DNA of 63,011 nt, the filler included. It is 6 parts of 6 records of this genome, joined end to end, with 100 filler letters (N's around TTAATTAATTAA, not from the genome) between each part and the next. Parts side by side here need not be neighbours in the genome. Positions count along the whole stretch, not along the records: positions 8,036 to 14,777 come from SRR20825006_634; positions 14,878 to 30,671 come from SRR20825006_641; 4 more parts are not named here. One strand, 5' to 3'. Shown here one piece after another: positions 8,436 to 18,083 of the stretch; position 1 is the first letter of the stretch; each line of letters opens with the position of its first letter. Position numbers and translations under genes: made by a program. A model generated the notes under the pieces. The model saw only the letters and a program-made list of their open reading frames with translations. It searched no databases and was not told the origin of the DNA.

Positions 8436-9953
8436 TTAGCTAACGTTGATATTTTCCGCTTCGATCTTCGCTTTCCAAATTTGCGGGCCTGATTTATGCA
8501 CTGAGTCGCCGGCGGTGTCTACCGCGACCGTCACAGGCATATCTTCAACGGTAAACTCGTAAATGGCTTCCATACCCAATTCTGGAAAGGCCACCACTTC
8601 AGACTTTTTAATCGCCTGGGCAACCAAGTAGGCCGCGCCACCGGTGGCCATCAGGTACACCGCCTCAAACTCTTTGATGGCGTCGATCGCACCGTCGCCG
8701 CGCTCGGACTTACCGATCATGCCCATTAATCCGGTTTCGGCGAGCATGGTACGGGTAAACTTATCCATTCGCGTTGCCGTGGTTGGGCCTGCGGGGCCAA
8801 CGACTTCGTCACGCACGGGGTCAACAGGGCCAACGTAGTAGATGAAGCGGCCCTTCAGGTCGACAGGCAGGGTTTCGCCTTTGCTCAGCATATCGACCAT
8901 TTTCTTATGCGCAGCGTCGCGACCAGTCAGCATCTTACCGTTGAGCAAGAGCGTATCGCCGGGCTTCCAGGTTTTGATCTCATCGGCCGTTACGGTATCT
9001 AGGTTCACTCGCTTCACGTCGCCACCAGACTGACGCGTTACCTCTGGCCACTCTTCGAGCTTTGGCGGGGTCAGAGCGACGGCGCCACTGCCATCCAGGG
9101 TGAAGTGAGCGTGGCGGGTTGCCGCGCAGTTGGGGATCAAGGCAATCGCCTTATTCGCAGCGTGGGTCGGATAATCTTTAACCTTAACATCCAAGACGGT
9201 GGTCAGGCCGCCCAAGCCCTGGGCACCAATACCGAGCTGATTGACCTTTTCATGCAGCTCCAGACGCAGCTCTTCCGAGCGGTTTGACGCGCCGCGTTTT
9301 TGCAGATCGTGAATATCGATGGGGTCGAGCAGCGCTTCTTTTGCCAACAGCATCGCCTTCTCGGCAGTACCGCCAATACCAATGCCCAGCATACCCGGTG
9401 GGCACCAGCCTGCGCCCATTGTCGGCACCATTTTCAACACCCAGTCCACCACAGAATCAGAGGGATTGAGCATGGCAAATTTAGACTTGGCCTCTGAGCC
9501 GCCGCCTTTTGCTGCAACATGCACTTCAACGGTGTCACCGGGAACAATTTCGTAGTGGATCACCGCGGGGGTATTGTCTTTAGTGTTACTGCGGGCACCG
9601 TCGGGGTCGGCAAGAATGGAGGCGCGCAGCACATTATCAGGCAAGTTGTAGGCACGGCGAACGCCTTCATTAACCATGTCGGTAACCGACATCTCAGCGT
9701 CCCACTGCACATTCATGCCCACGGTCAAAAACACCGTCACAATACCTGTGTCCTGACAAATGGGACGATGCCCCTCTGCACACATCCGCGAGTTGATCAG
9801 AATCTGTGCCATCGCGTCTTTGGCGGCAGGGTTTTGCTCGCGCTGATAGGCTTCGTCTACCGCCTTGATGAAATCAACCGGGTGGTAGTAGGAGATGTAT
9901 TGCAGCGCATCTGCAACACTCTGAATCAGGTCATCTTGGCGGATAACAGTCAT
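8436..9953 (-). CDS. fumA: Class I (Fe-S) fumarate hydratase
   Basis: MTVIRQDDLIQSVADALQYISYYHP, RPICQDTG, AKGGGSE, GWCPP, CAATRH, GRDAAH, GPTTATRMD. Confidence 0.95.
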   Translation of the reverse strand: MTVIRQDDLIQSVADALQYISYYHPVDFIKAVDEAYQREQNPAAKDAMAQILINSRMCAEGHRPICQDTGIVTVFLTVGMNVQWDAEMSVTDMVNEGVRRAYNLPDNVLRASILADPDGARSNTKDNTPAVIHYEIVPGDTVEVHVAAKGGGSEAKSKFAMLNPSDSVVDWVLKMVPTMGAGWCPPGMLGIGIGGTAEKAMLLAKEALLDPIDIHDLQKRGASNRSEELRLELHEKVNQLGIGAQGLGGLTTVLDVKVKDYPTHAANKAIALIPNCAATRHAHFTLDGSGAVALTPPKLEEWPEVTRQSGGDVKRVNLDTVTADEIKTWKPGDTLLLNGKMLTGRDAAHKKMVDMLSKGETLPVDLKGRFIYYVGPVDPVRDEVVGPAGPTTATRMDKFTRTMLAETGLMGMIGKSERGDGAIDAIKEFEAVYLMATGGAAYLVAQAIKKSEVVAFPELGMEAIYEFTVEDMPVTVAVDTAGDSVHKSGPQIWKAKIEAENINVS

Positions 9954-10092
9954 TGGGCGAGGTCCTTGATAACGTTGTGGTGTCGGTGCCAAAGTGCGAC
10001 GGTTGCCGCACCTGATCACACTGTGCTGTTGCAGCCATGTGCCGCAACAGCTGGAATCGGCGCAGAAGTATACACCAGCTGCGGCCTCGCCG

Positions 10093-10851
10093 TCAGCGGG
10101 CCTGGGGACTGCCGCTGTGGTATTGCGTGACCGTTTGGCGCAGCGCTTCGATATCGCGATTCACCTGTTTGCGGAAGGCGTTCACCGAATCAAGCCATTC
10201 TTCACTCTGCTGTACACGACGTTCAACCGCCTTCACCCGGGCATCCAAACTGCCGCCCGCAGTGAGTTGCTTATTCACCTCCAGCAGCGTCTTGCGATTT
10301 ACCTCAGACTGGGCAATGACGCGGTCAAGCTTGCCAGACATTGAAGCCATTGCCTCACGGTCGGCATCATAACCCTGCAATGCACTCTTGAGCTTTGCGT
10401 CTAAAGAGCGGTGGCGGCTTTCTATGGCAGCCAGTCGCTTTTCATTTTTCGCCAACTGCGCATCGTGCTCAGCCAACTCTTGTTTTTGTTTTTTCCACAC
10501 GTTGTCCCACAGCTTGCGGATTTCAAAATCCAGCTCTTTTAATTTCACCGCGGTGGTCACGCTGTTCTCTTCCAGGCTTTCATCCGCGGAAGATAAGCGC
10601 TGCTCCAGCACTTCCAGACGCTGCTGGGCCTGTTTTAAATCACCCTGAGCAATAGTCAGTTGATCAAACAGGTAGTAGGCGGCCGCCGCCAGCGCAACAA
10701 TTAACAGCGTTAACATAAACAGGACGAAACCACCTCCGCCACTCGCCGCAGTGGCAGGGGGTAGCTCCTTTGAGCTTACTGCCGCACGCTGTGCGACATC
10801 TTCCTCGTCAACAGCAATTGAAAATCGTGGTTCTTGTTTATCAGTACTCAC
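10093..10851 (-). CDS. Membrane-anchored coiled-coil hypothetical protein
   Basis: Single TM segment near the N-terminus followed by a long heptad-rich region. Confidence 0.75.
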   Translation of the reverse strand: MSTDKQEPRFSIAVDEEDVAQRAAVSSKELPPATAASGGGGFVLFMLTLLIVALAAAAYYLFDQLTIAQGDLKQAQQRLEVLEQRLSSADESLEENSVTTAVKLKELDFEIRKLWDNVWKKQKQELAEHDAQLAKNEKRLAAIESRHRSLDAKLKSALQGYDADREAMASMSGKLDRVIAQSEVNRKTLLEVNKQLTAGGSLDARVKAVERRVQQSEEWLDSVNAFRKQVNRDIEALRQTVTQYHSGSPQAR

Positions 10852-11069
10852 AATTCAGTATTCCAATTAATTGTAGTTAAAGCGCCACTCTACACTCGCG
10901 CGTCTGCGTGGTAAGTCAGCGCATTATGAACGTCTGCCTCGCTCGCCTCCAGCCCCAGTATGCAGTTTCGCTGTGCAGCCTCGGCGGCTTTGCTATACTT
11001 GCGCAGCCTGGGCCTCGGAGTCTGCGAGTCCCGACAAAAAAACAGACAACAAGATGAGAGAGGGGTTTT

Positions 11070-11729
11070 ATGGACGCGTTCATTTCTGCGGATCTGGCCT
11101 TGCGCTGGCTGCACGTACTGTTCGGCATCGTTTGGATTGGCCTGCTGTACTATTTCAACTTTGTACAAACTGAATACTTCAAGGAGGCAGAGCCCTCTGC
11201 AAAGGCAGACGCCGTACAAAAGCTGGCGCCTCGCGCGCTGTGGTGGTTCCGCTGGGGAGCGATGTTCACCTTCCTGACGGGTCTGGGCTTGCTGCACTTC
11301 ACGATGAGCCGCGGCGGGTTGAATGGCTACATCATCATCGGTGCACTGATGGGCACCCTGATGTTTTTGAACGTCTGGCTGATTATCTGGCCCAACCAGA
11401 AGATTGTCTGCGGCATTACCCCGGGCGACGCCGCTAAAGCCGCGCCAAAAGCTGGCCTGGCTTCTCGCACCAACACCCTGTTCTCAGCACCCATGCTGAT
11501 CGGCATGCTGGGCTCTTTCCACGGCAGCGGCAATGCTGCTCTCGCGCAAGTCGGTAAAACAGCAAGCGGCGACCTGAGCCTCGGCCTGTGGATTTGCCTT
11601 GGCTTAATCGCGCTCCTCGAACTGAACGCCCTGTTCGGCAAAACTGGCCCAATGACCACGGTCAAAGGCGTTGTCCATTGCAGCATCGCGCTGGCCTTGG
11701 CGATGGTTGCACTGCTTCAGTACGTGTAA
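11070..11729 (+). CDS. Urate hydroxylase PuuD-family membrane protein (no cytochrome c domain)
   Basis: LRWLHVLFGIVWIGLLYYFNF, ALWWFRWGA, MFLNVWLIIWPNQK and ASRTNTLFS motifs. Confidence 0.85.
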   Translation: MDAFISADLALRWLHVLFGIVWIGLLYYFNFVQTEYFKEAEPSAKADAVQKLAPRALWWFRWGAMFTFLTGLGLLHFTMSRGGLNGYIIIGALMGTLMFLNVWLIIWPNQKIVCGITPGDAAKAAPKAGLASRTNTLFSAPMLIGMLGSFHGSGNAALAQVGKTASGDLSLGLWICLGLIALLELNALFGKTGPMTTVKGVVHCSIALALAMVALLQYV

Positions 11730-11762
11730 TACCGATGAGACCACACCATGTGGTTTAGTACT

Positions 11763-11791
11763 AAAAAGGGGGCTTTCGCCCCCTTTTTTTT
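11763..11791. terminator. Bidirectional intrinsic terminator
   Basis: AAAAAGGGGGC-TTTC-GCCCCCTTTTTTTT between convergent genes. Confidence 0.85.
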
Positions 11792-11826
11792 CGCCAGCCT
11801 AAATCCCACCAGTCAGGCGCCTCTCA

Positions 11827-12192
11827 TTAGAACTGCTTACTGCGCAACAGCACCAAGGTACAGGCGTCCTCGCAAACAATGCCGCGCGCTCTTAACTCAC
11901 GGGCCAAGCCCTCGTCCTCACTCCCTGGATTGAAAATGACCCGCCGGGGAGACAAACCAATCAGCGCATCCATATGCGGAGCCAGTAGCTCGCCACGCAT
12001 ATACACGGTGACGGTGTCGACAGGTCCGTCGACACTGGCAATATCAGGCTGGCAGTGAATTCCCGCAACCGCGCGGTGATAGGGATTCACCGGTACAACC
12101 GTATGCCCGTACTCGGTGAGCATTTGTGTTGCCTTGTAGGAATATCGCTCTGGTTTAGGGCTTGCCCCAAGTACCACAACCCGTTCAGCCAT
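11827..12192 (-). CDS. CoA-binding protein (YccU-like)
   Basis: VVVLGASPKPERYS, VPVNP, VIFNPGSE, DACTLV. Confidence 0.9.
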   Translation of the reverse strand: MAERVVVLGASPKPERYSYKATQMLTEYGHTVVPVNPYHRAVAGIHCQPDIASVDGPVDTVTVYMRGELLAPHMDALIGLSPRRVIFNPGSEDEGLARELRARGIVCEDACTLVLLRSKQF

Positions 12193-12238
12193 CTCTTCCC
12201 TCCAAGCGAATACTCGCTATTTCACTGACGCCAGACGT

Positions 12239-12262
12239 AAAAAAGCCGGGGCATGCCCCGGC
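12239..12262 (-). terminator. Intrinsic terminator after lipoprotein gene
   Basis: GCCGGGGC-AT-GCCCCGGC hairpin with a minus-strand U-run. Confidence 0.7.
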
Positions 12263-12282
12263 GCTATCATAGCGAAATACGC

Positions 12283-12825
12283 TTATTTTTCCTGGGTACC
12301 CATCCAGCGGCGCAAGGTCGACGCCAGCTCTTGCGCGTTATAGGCCTCTGCGCTGTCGGGCATCGGGTCATTACCCATCTTAATTTCCAGAGACGCCTGG
12401 TAAGAGGTTCGGGTGGTTGTCGAGGCAACACTACCGCTCAAACGCCCCGGGGTTTGCGCAACCACTGTGTCACAGCTCAACAGGCCACAACGTTGATACA
12501 CCGCCGTGCCGCCACCAAACTCGTTCACGCCAGAAATTGTACTGCTGCTGCGGCTTTTGCTTTCAGTATCGCGGTTCACTAACTGAAACCAGTCATAGCC
12601 TTCCTGCAAAGTCAGCTCTGCCGCACGAAGCAGTGCGTAATCATTGACCGTTTCTTTATCCGTTACGGTATTACCGGTAAACGTCACGCGGTAGCGGTCC
12701 TTGCCCAGTGCGGTCTCGGTGTAACCGTATGCACCGCGCTTTTCAGCCGGCTGGTATGTGGTGCTACTACTGCATGCAGCCATCAGCACTGAAAGCAACG
12801 CGACAAACATCATCTGGGTACGCAT
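12283..12825 (-). CDS. Lipoprotein (CC0125/CC1285-like)
   Basis: Lipobox-like MAAC, YQPA, GYTET, RYRVTFTGN, ALLRAAELTLQEGYDWF. Confidence 0.8.
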   Translation of the reverse strand: MRTQMMFVALLSVLMAACSSSTTYQPAEKRGAYGYTETALGKDRYRVTFTGNTVTDKETVNDYALLRAAELTLQEGYDWFQLVNRDTESKSRSSSTISGVNEFGGGTAVYQRCGLLSCDTVVAQTPGRLSGSVASTTTRTSYQASLEIKMGNDPMPDSAEAYNAQELASTLRRWMGTQEK

Positions 12826-12945
12826 AAAATCTCCTCGTTTTTTGAAAGCCAACTGCTTTTTTCTCATCGACCCCTACTGTACTAGCCCCGCCTGAACTGA
12901 AGCTGAATAAGTAAAAACCCTTACCAGCTACTGCCGCGATCGGGC

Positions 12946-13821
12946 CTATGGACGCCAAACACGCATGTGCGCGCGGTGGCAGCTCCCCGGCGCTAGTAAT
13001 AATTCATCGGCGAAAGCCATGCCTCTCTCTACGCAAATGTATTCGTTGTAGTGCTCTGCAACGTCATCCATTTTCTCGGCCAATGTTGCACCCGGGTTCC
13101 ACACCACAACGGTATCGCACCCCTGCCCCGCAATAGCCAGCGACCCCTTTCCCGTTGCTAACTCCTGAACACCACCCACCTGCTCAAATACGCGATCAAC
13201 CTCACCATCAAAGCGCTGGACGGTGCTAAGTCGGCATTTAGCCAAGCCCTGGGTATTATCCAAATAGTCGCCCGTGCCCAGGCCCTGAACACTCGCCGCA
13301 GCAGTCTCCGCGGCAAAGTAGCTGTGCATGGCAAAACTCAAGGGCAGGCTCTGCTGGCTGCGATTGCAAATCACTAACTCGCACGCCAACTCGCGCCCCA
13401 ATCGGTACACCACCTGTGTGCTATACATCCAGGGAAAGCGTGCCTGCTCGTCAGGTGCAGACTCGATGGCAAATCGAAGGGCCAAACCATCCTCGTCGCT
13501 ACTCGCCTCAAGCAATTGCCACTCTCGCTGCCTGGCAAACCCGTGTTTGGGCAAGGTGGCGTCGCGACGATTCACACCAAACCACGGCAAACACAGGGGA
13601 ATCCCCCCACGAATGGCCGCCCCGTCGGAAAAAACCGCCTTGGGGCTCAGCCACAGCCAGTCTTCGTCGCCCACCGGCGCAAATGACAACAACTGCGCGC
13701 CCTGCAGCGCAAACACCGCCCGACATTGTGCGGTGTCTGCAACGATTAGCGGCAAAGCCTGCTCGCTTCCATATTCGCTGCGGCTATCGCTGACCCTCAC
13801 GCCACGGGGAAGATCAATCAT
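12946..13821 (-). CDS. D-hexose-6-phosphate mutarotase (aldose 1-epimerase family)
   Basis: LQGAQLLSF, AIRGGIPLCLPWFG, HGFAR, AMHSYF, VVWNPG, ICVE. Confidence 0.92.
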   Translation of the reverse strand: MIDLPRGVRVSDSRSEYGSEQALPLIVADTAQCRAVFALQGAQLLSFAPVGDEDWLWLSPKAVFSDGAAIRGGIPLCLPWFGVNRRDATLPKHGFARQREWQLLEASSDEDGLALRFAIESAPDEQARFPWMYSTQVVYRLGRELACELVICNRSQQSLPLSFAMHSYFAAETAAASVQGLGTGDYLDNTQGLAKCRLSTVQRFDGEVDRVFEQVGGVQELATGKGSLAIAGQGCDTVVVWNPGATLAEKMDDVAEHYNEYICVERGMAFADELLLAPGSCHRAHMRVWRP

Positions 13822-14518
13822 CAGTATTTTCCTCGGCGGCGGACGCAGACTTCACCCACAGCATATCGTTCGCCCCCTTTTGAAATTGGTAATCCACGCG
13901 CTCCATGCCAACATCATAGCCCCGCTCCCCCAGCTCCCGCACAACGGCGGGCAGGTGCTGCGACACACGGCCATCTACTGAGACCAGCGGATAAATACGC
14001 ACCTCACGGGCAACACGGCACAGCTCAAGCACTGCCTCAACATGGGCCTGAAGATCGATGTGCTCGCTGTAGAGAAACAATAAGTGTGAACAAAGGGCCA
14101 GGTCGTACTCGCCATCAAAACACGGCAGCTCAGGCAAACTGGCCTCAACATAGCGACCCGCTTGCAAACCGCTTGGGTAATCTTCCAAAAAACGATTCAT
14201 CGCCGACATACGCACTGAGCCCAAGTGCCCTGGGTCGCGAAAGTGGCGCCATACATATTGATCTGCCTGCCGCGCAAATTGGCTGAGCATACCGGGGTAG
14301 ACACGGCGAATACGCTGCTGGATATCGTCGGCGCTGAACTGATAGATCGGGTCGACCGACAACACTTTACCGCCCTGCGCCGTTACTTCGGCATTAAAAC
14401 TCGCCGTGCCGTCACCGCAGCCAAGGATGCTGCGCTCTAGGTCTTCCTCTCGCAGCGCAAACATCGCTGCATACTCCGCCAGGGATCGCCCCCACGGCAC
14501 TACTGATGATAGCTCCAA
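13814..14518 (-). CDS. Class I SAM-dependent methyltransferase
   Basis: VVPWGRSLAEYAAMF, ILGCGDGTASFN, DLALCSHLLFLY. TTG start at 14518 inferred. Confidence 0.85.
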   Translation of the reverse strand: MELSSVVPWGRSLAEYAAMFALREEDLERSILGCGDGTASFNAEVTAQGGKVLSVDPIYQFSADDIQQRIRRVYPGMLSQFARQADQYVWRHFRDPGHLGSVRMSAMNRFLEDYPSGLQAGRYVEASLPELPCFDGEYDLALCSHLLFLYSEHIDLQAHVEAVLELCRVAREVRIYPLVSVDGRVSQHLPAVVRELGERGYDVGMERVDYQFQKGANDMLWVKSASAAEENTDD

Positions 14519-14697
14519 AAATAATCCACCGAATAACCAGAAAAAACCCGCGTGGCGGGCTCGAATAACGCAGTATAAATCCTGGGGCCAGCATGGCGCC
14601 AATAACTCAGCTAAAACGCCACCCTACAGCTACATTACCGCAATACTGAGGTGGGGCGACTCAGCGGCGAAGCCTGTCCTGCCACGGATGGCCAGGC

Positions 14698-14723
14698 AAA
14701 AAAAAGCCCCGCGGTGCGGGGCT
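14698..14723 (-). terminator. groL terminator
   Basis: GCCCCGC-GGT-GCGGGGC hairpin with an 8-nt U-run on the minus strand. Confidence 0.8.
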
Positions 14724-14746
14724 CTCATTTTTATGGACGTGTGGGC

Positions 14747-14777
14747 TTACATCATGCCGCCCATACCACCCATGCCG
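14747..14777 (-). CDS. groL: Chaperonin GroEL, extreme 3' end
   Basis: Minus strand reads GMGGMGGMM-stop, the GroEL tail. Confidence 0.85.
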
Positions 14778-14877
14778 NNNNNNNNNNNNNNNNNNNNNNN
14801 NNNNNNNNNNNNNNNNNNNNNTTAATTAATTAANNNNNNNNNNNNNNNNNNNNNNNNNNNNNNNNNNNNNNNNNNNN
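14778..14877. other. Artificial contig linker
   Basis: N-run with TTAATTAATTAA. Confidence 0.98.
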
Positions 14878-15375
14878 GTTGGAATGGGTCAGACCGGCCA
14901 TGAAGATCACGCCCGCTTCCTGGCACAGGCCCTGAACAGCCACGGCCACGCCCGAAGACGAGCCGCCGGTGATCATCACCGCACCGTCTTTTTCGATCAT
15001 GGATTTGGCGGAAGCGCGGGCCGCATCCGATTTGGTTTGGGTGTCGCCGGTGACAAAACCAACCTTCTTGCCAAGGATGCCGTTGCCTTCAAGAACCTTG
15101 GAGCTGAAGGTGTTCAGCATGCCGCCGTCGCCTTCGCCGTTCAGATGCTCGACCGCCAGTTGATAGGCGCGCAACTCATCCGCGCCCTCATCGGCATAGG
15201 CACCTGATTGAGGCACGTTAAAGCCGAGGGTGACCGTGCCGCCCATCGGTTCGTTGGTAAAGGCGCGAGCGCCTGAGGTGAAGATCGTCGGCAGCGCGAG
15301 ACCAGCGCCAGCAATGGCCCCGGTTTTGATCACGCCGCGACGCGAAACGCGCCGTGTCAGATCGGTTTTGGACAT
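14878..15375 (-). CDS. ABC transporter substrate-binding protein (branched-chain amino acid type), 5' part
   Basis: Tat signal SRRGVIK, VTLGFNVPQSGAYADEG, ITGGSSSGVAVAV. Confidence 0.88.
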
Positions 15376-15671
15376 GTATATTCCTCCCTAGAATTTGTCA
15401 GGCTCGCCCGGACTTCCTCCCCGAAGTCCAGGCGGCGCGCAGATCCCGTCTCCGAAATGTCGGATTTGTAAACGAGATGGGGTAATACTGGGTGTGTGAA
15501 GAAAATTCATCAACAAGTGCTTTATAGTTAAGGATTTTTTTGTTAATAAATACACAATGCGATGGTATGCAGTGTAAATCTATTTTCGCGCAGGTGCAGC
15601 GCAAGTCGCTTCGCGTCTGCAGAAAGAGCCTGAAATCATTCGCGTTTCGATGTTGCAACTGAGGAAAGACG

Positions 15672-17024
15672 ATGCCCAGATCCGCCCTGACAGGCACACG
15701 AATCCGTGAACGGCGCTCTTTGGAAGGGCTCAAACAGGCCGATTTGGCCCGAGATGTGGGCATTTCGCCGTCTTATTTGAATTTGATCGAACACAATCGC
15801 CGCAGAATCGGTGGGAAATTGCTGGTCGATCTGGCGCGTGCCTTGGGGGTTGAACCCTCCGCTCTGACCGAAGGCGCGCAGGTGCCTTTGATGGAAGGGC
15901 TGCAAGACGCGGCCAGCAACGCTGCGCCGGGGCCGCGTCGTGGCGGGGCCAAAGGCACAACAGACCCGGAAACCGCGCGGGCCGAAGAATTTGCCGGACG
16001 TTTTCCGGGCTGGGCCGCTTTGGTGGTGGCGCAGCGTGATCGGATCACCGCGCTTGAACGTAGAGTAGAAGCGCTCAACGATCGTTTGGCCCATGACCCG
16101 TTCCTTTCTGACAGTCTGCACGAAGTCCTTTCGACCGTGACCGCGATCCGTTCGACGGCGGGAATTTTGAACAACGCAGGCGACATTGACCGCGACTGGC
16201 AGGCCCGGTTTCACCGCAACCTTTATGAGGACAGTCAACGTCTGGCCGACGGCTCGCAGGCGTTGGTGAGTTATCTTGATACGGTGGGCAAATCCGAGGA
16301 CACGCTGTCCGCGCCCTTGGATGAGGTCGAAGCGTGGTTGGCGCAGCGCGACTTTACCATCCCCGAGCTTGAGTGCGGGATGATGCCGGATTTGGTCGGA
16401 GATGAGGGGCTGCGTTCGCCCGCCGCACAAAGTTTGGCGCGCAAATGGGTGTTGCGGGCGCGGGCCGAGGCGGAAAAAATGCCGGTGTCCTTGGTCGAGG
16501 ACGTGATCGCCGCCCATGGGCCCGACCCGGCGGCTTTGGCGCAGGAAGCTGGTGTGGATCTGGCGGCTGCGATGCGCCGTCTGGCCGCCTTGCCTCCGAA
16601 AGAAGGCCGTCCGCCGATGGGCCTTGTGATCTGTGATGGCTCCGGCGCGCTGACCTTTCGCAAGCCGCTCGACGGTTTTGCTCCGCCGCGCTTTGGTGCC
16701 GCCTGCGCGCTCTGGCCGCTGTATCAGGCCTTGCTCAGACCGATGGTGCCGATCCGGCGTGTGGTCGAACAACAGGGCCAACCGGCGCGGCGCTATCTGG
16801 CCTATGCGATCTGTCAGCCGCGCCCGCCCAAAAGTTTCGACGCCCCTGAGGTGGTGGAGGTGACGATGCTGTTTTTGCCGCTCGACCGGCTCGACGGTCT
16901 GGGCCATGTGCCGCGCGATGCCGAAGTGCTGGGCGTCGGCACAAGCTGCCGCGTCTGCGCCCGAAAGAATTGCGTCGCCCGCCGCGAACCGTCGATGGTC
17001 TTGGAGGATGTGGAAGAGGGGTAG
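15672..17024 (+). CDS. XRE-family short-chain fatty acyl-CoA regulator (RamB/PrpR-like)
   Basis: HTH LKQADLARDVGISPSYLNLIEHNRRRIGG, RFGAACALWP, C-terminal GTSCRVCARKNCVARREP. Confidence 0.88.
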   Translation: MPRSALTGTRIRERRSLEGLKQADLARDVGISPSYLNLIEHNRRRIGGKLLVDLARALGVEPSALTEGAQVPLMEGLQDAASNAAPGPRRGGAKGTTDPETARAEEFAGRFPGWAALVVAQRDRITALERRVEALNDRLAHDPFLSDSLHEVLSTVTAIRSTAGILNNAGDIDRDWQARFHRNLYEDSQRLADGSQALVSYLDTVGKSEDTLSAPLDEVEAWLAQRDFTIPELECGMMPDLVGDEGLRSPAAQSLARKWVLRARAEAEKMPVSLVEDVIAAHGPDPAALAQEAGVDLAAAMRRLAALPPKEGRPPMGLVICDGSGALTFRKPLDGFAPPRFGAACALWPLYQALLRPMVPIRRVVEQQGQPARRYLAYAICQPRPPKSFDAPEVVEVTMLFLPLDRLDGLGHVPRDAEVLGVGTSCRVCARKNCVARREPSMVLEDVEEG

Positions 17025-17302
17025 GAGCGCGCCATAAGACGCATGGCGGGTGGGCGGTTACCGGCCATTTTTGCCGGAGGCATGACGTTGGAGAAATCCC
17101 CGTCAGGCGTGAGAAGTTTTGACATGAGTACTTTGAAACGCCATAAGATGAGACAGTTAACGCGTTCTGAATTCTATCTTTGGGAGGAGGCTGGATTCAA
17201 AATGCACCGGCCATGGAACGGGTGCGCGCGGATGTATGCGATTTTTCGGTATCTTCGGATGAGGGATTGGAAAAAACGCCTTTGGGAGAGAGGGTCTGTC
17301 AG

Positions 17303-17698
17303 ATGGGCAAGCGTGTGTTGCTGATCGAAGACGAACCAAACATAATTGAAGCGATCCGGTTTATTCTGTCGCGGGACGGCTGGACCGTGGAAACGCATTC
17401 GGACGGGGCGACGGCGGTGGCAGCGGTGGCGGCCAAACGGCCGGATATTGTGATTTTGGACGTGATGTTGCCGAACAAATCCGGTTTTGACATCCTGCGC
17501 GATCTGCGCGGCATGGCAGAGCATGCGGCACGGCCGATTTTGATGCTGACCGCGCGAGGTCAGAAAAAAGACCGCGATATGGCCGAAGCGGCGGGCGTGT
17601 CGCATTTCATGACCAAACCCTTCTCCAATTCCGAAATGTTAGAGGCCGTGCGCAGCTTGGCCGGGCCGGATCGGGCGCAGGCGCACAGCGATGGCTGA
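17303..17698 (+). CDS. Single-domain response regulator
   Basis: VLLIEDE, ILDVMLP, LMLTARG, FMTKPF. Confidence 0.92.
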   Translation: MGKRVLLIEDEPNIIEAIRFILSRDGWTVETHSDGATAVAAVAAKRPDIVILDVMLPNKSGFDILRDLRGMAEHAARPILMLTARGQKKDRDMAEAAGVSHFMTKPFSNSEMLEAVRSLAGPDRAQAHSDG

Positions 17699-18083
17699 GG
17701 GGCGTTCCCCGGTCTATCTGGCGCGCGCGTCTTATCGGCGCAGGCGCTTGATTGATGCGCAACGGCTCTTGCCCTTTTTGCTGCTTTGCCTCTGGCTTTT
17801 GCCACTTTTGTGGGGTGGGGAGGGTACGGATCAACCCCTGGGCGCGGGATCACGGTCTTTCGTGCATGTGTTTGTGGTCTGGGCGCTTGGGATTTTGGCG
17901 GCCGGGTGGTTGGCGTTTTTACTGGCCCATGGCGCGGCGCGCACCGAAGAGCTTTTGACCTCGCAAAGCCGATCTGAGGGCGCGTTGGGCGATCTGCCAG
18001 CCTCCGAAGGTTGGAGCGAGGATCACGCTGCCGAAAATCGGGCCGAAAACCAGACCGAAGACCGGACCGGGGACCGCCGCTGA
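17691..18083 (+). CDS. Small two-TM membrane protein
   Basis: YLARASYRRRRLIDAQRLLP plus two hydrophobic segments. Overlaps the regulator stop and abuts the kinase start. Confidence 0.75.
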   Translation: MAEGRSPVYLARASYRRRRLIDAQRLLPFLLLCLWLLPLLWGGEGTDQPLGAGSRSFVHVFVVWALGILAAGWLAFLLAHGAARTEELLTSQSRSEGALGDLPASEGWSEDHAAENRAENQTEDRTGDRR

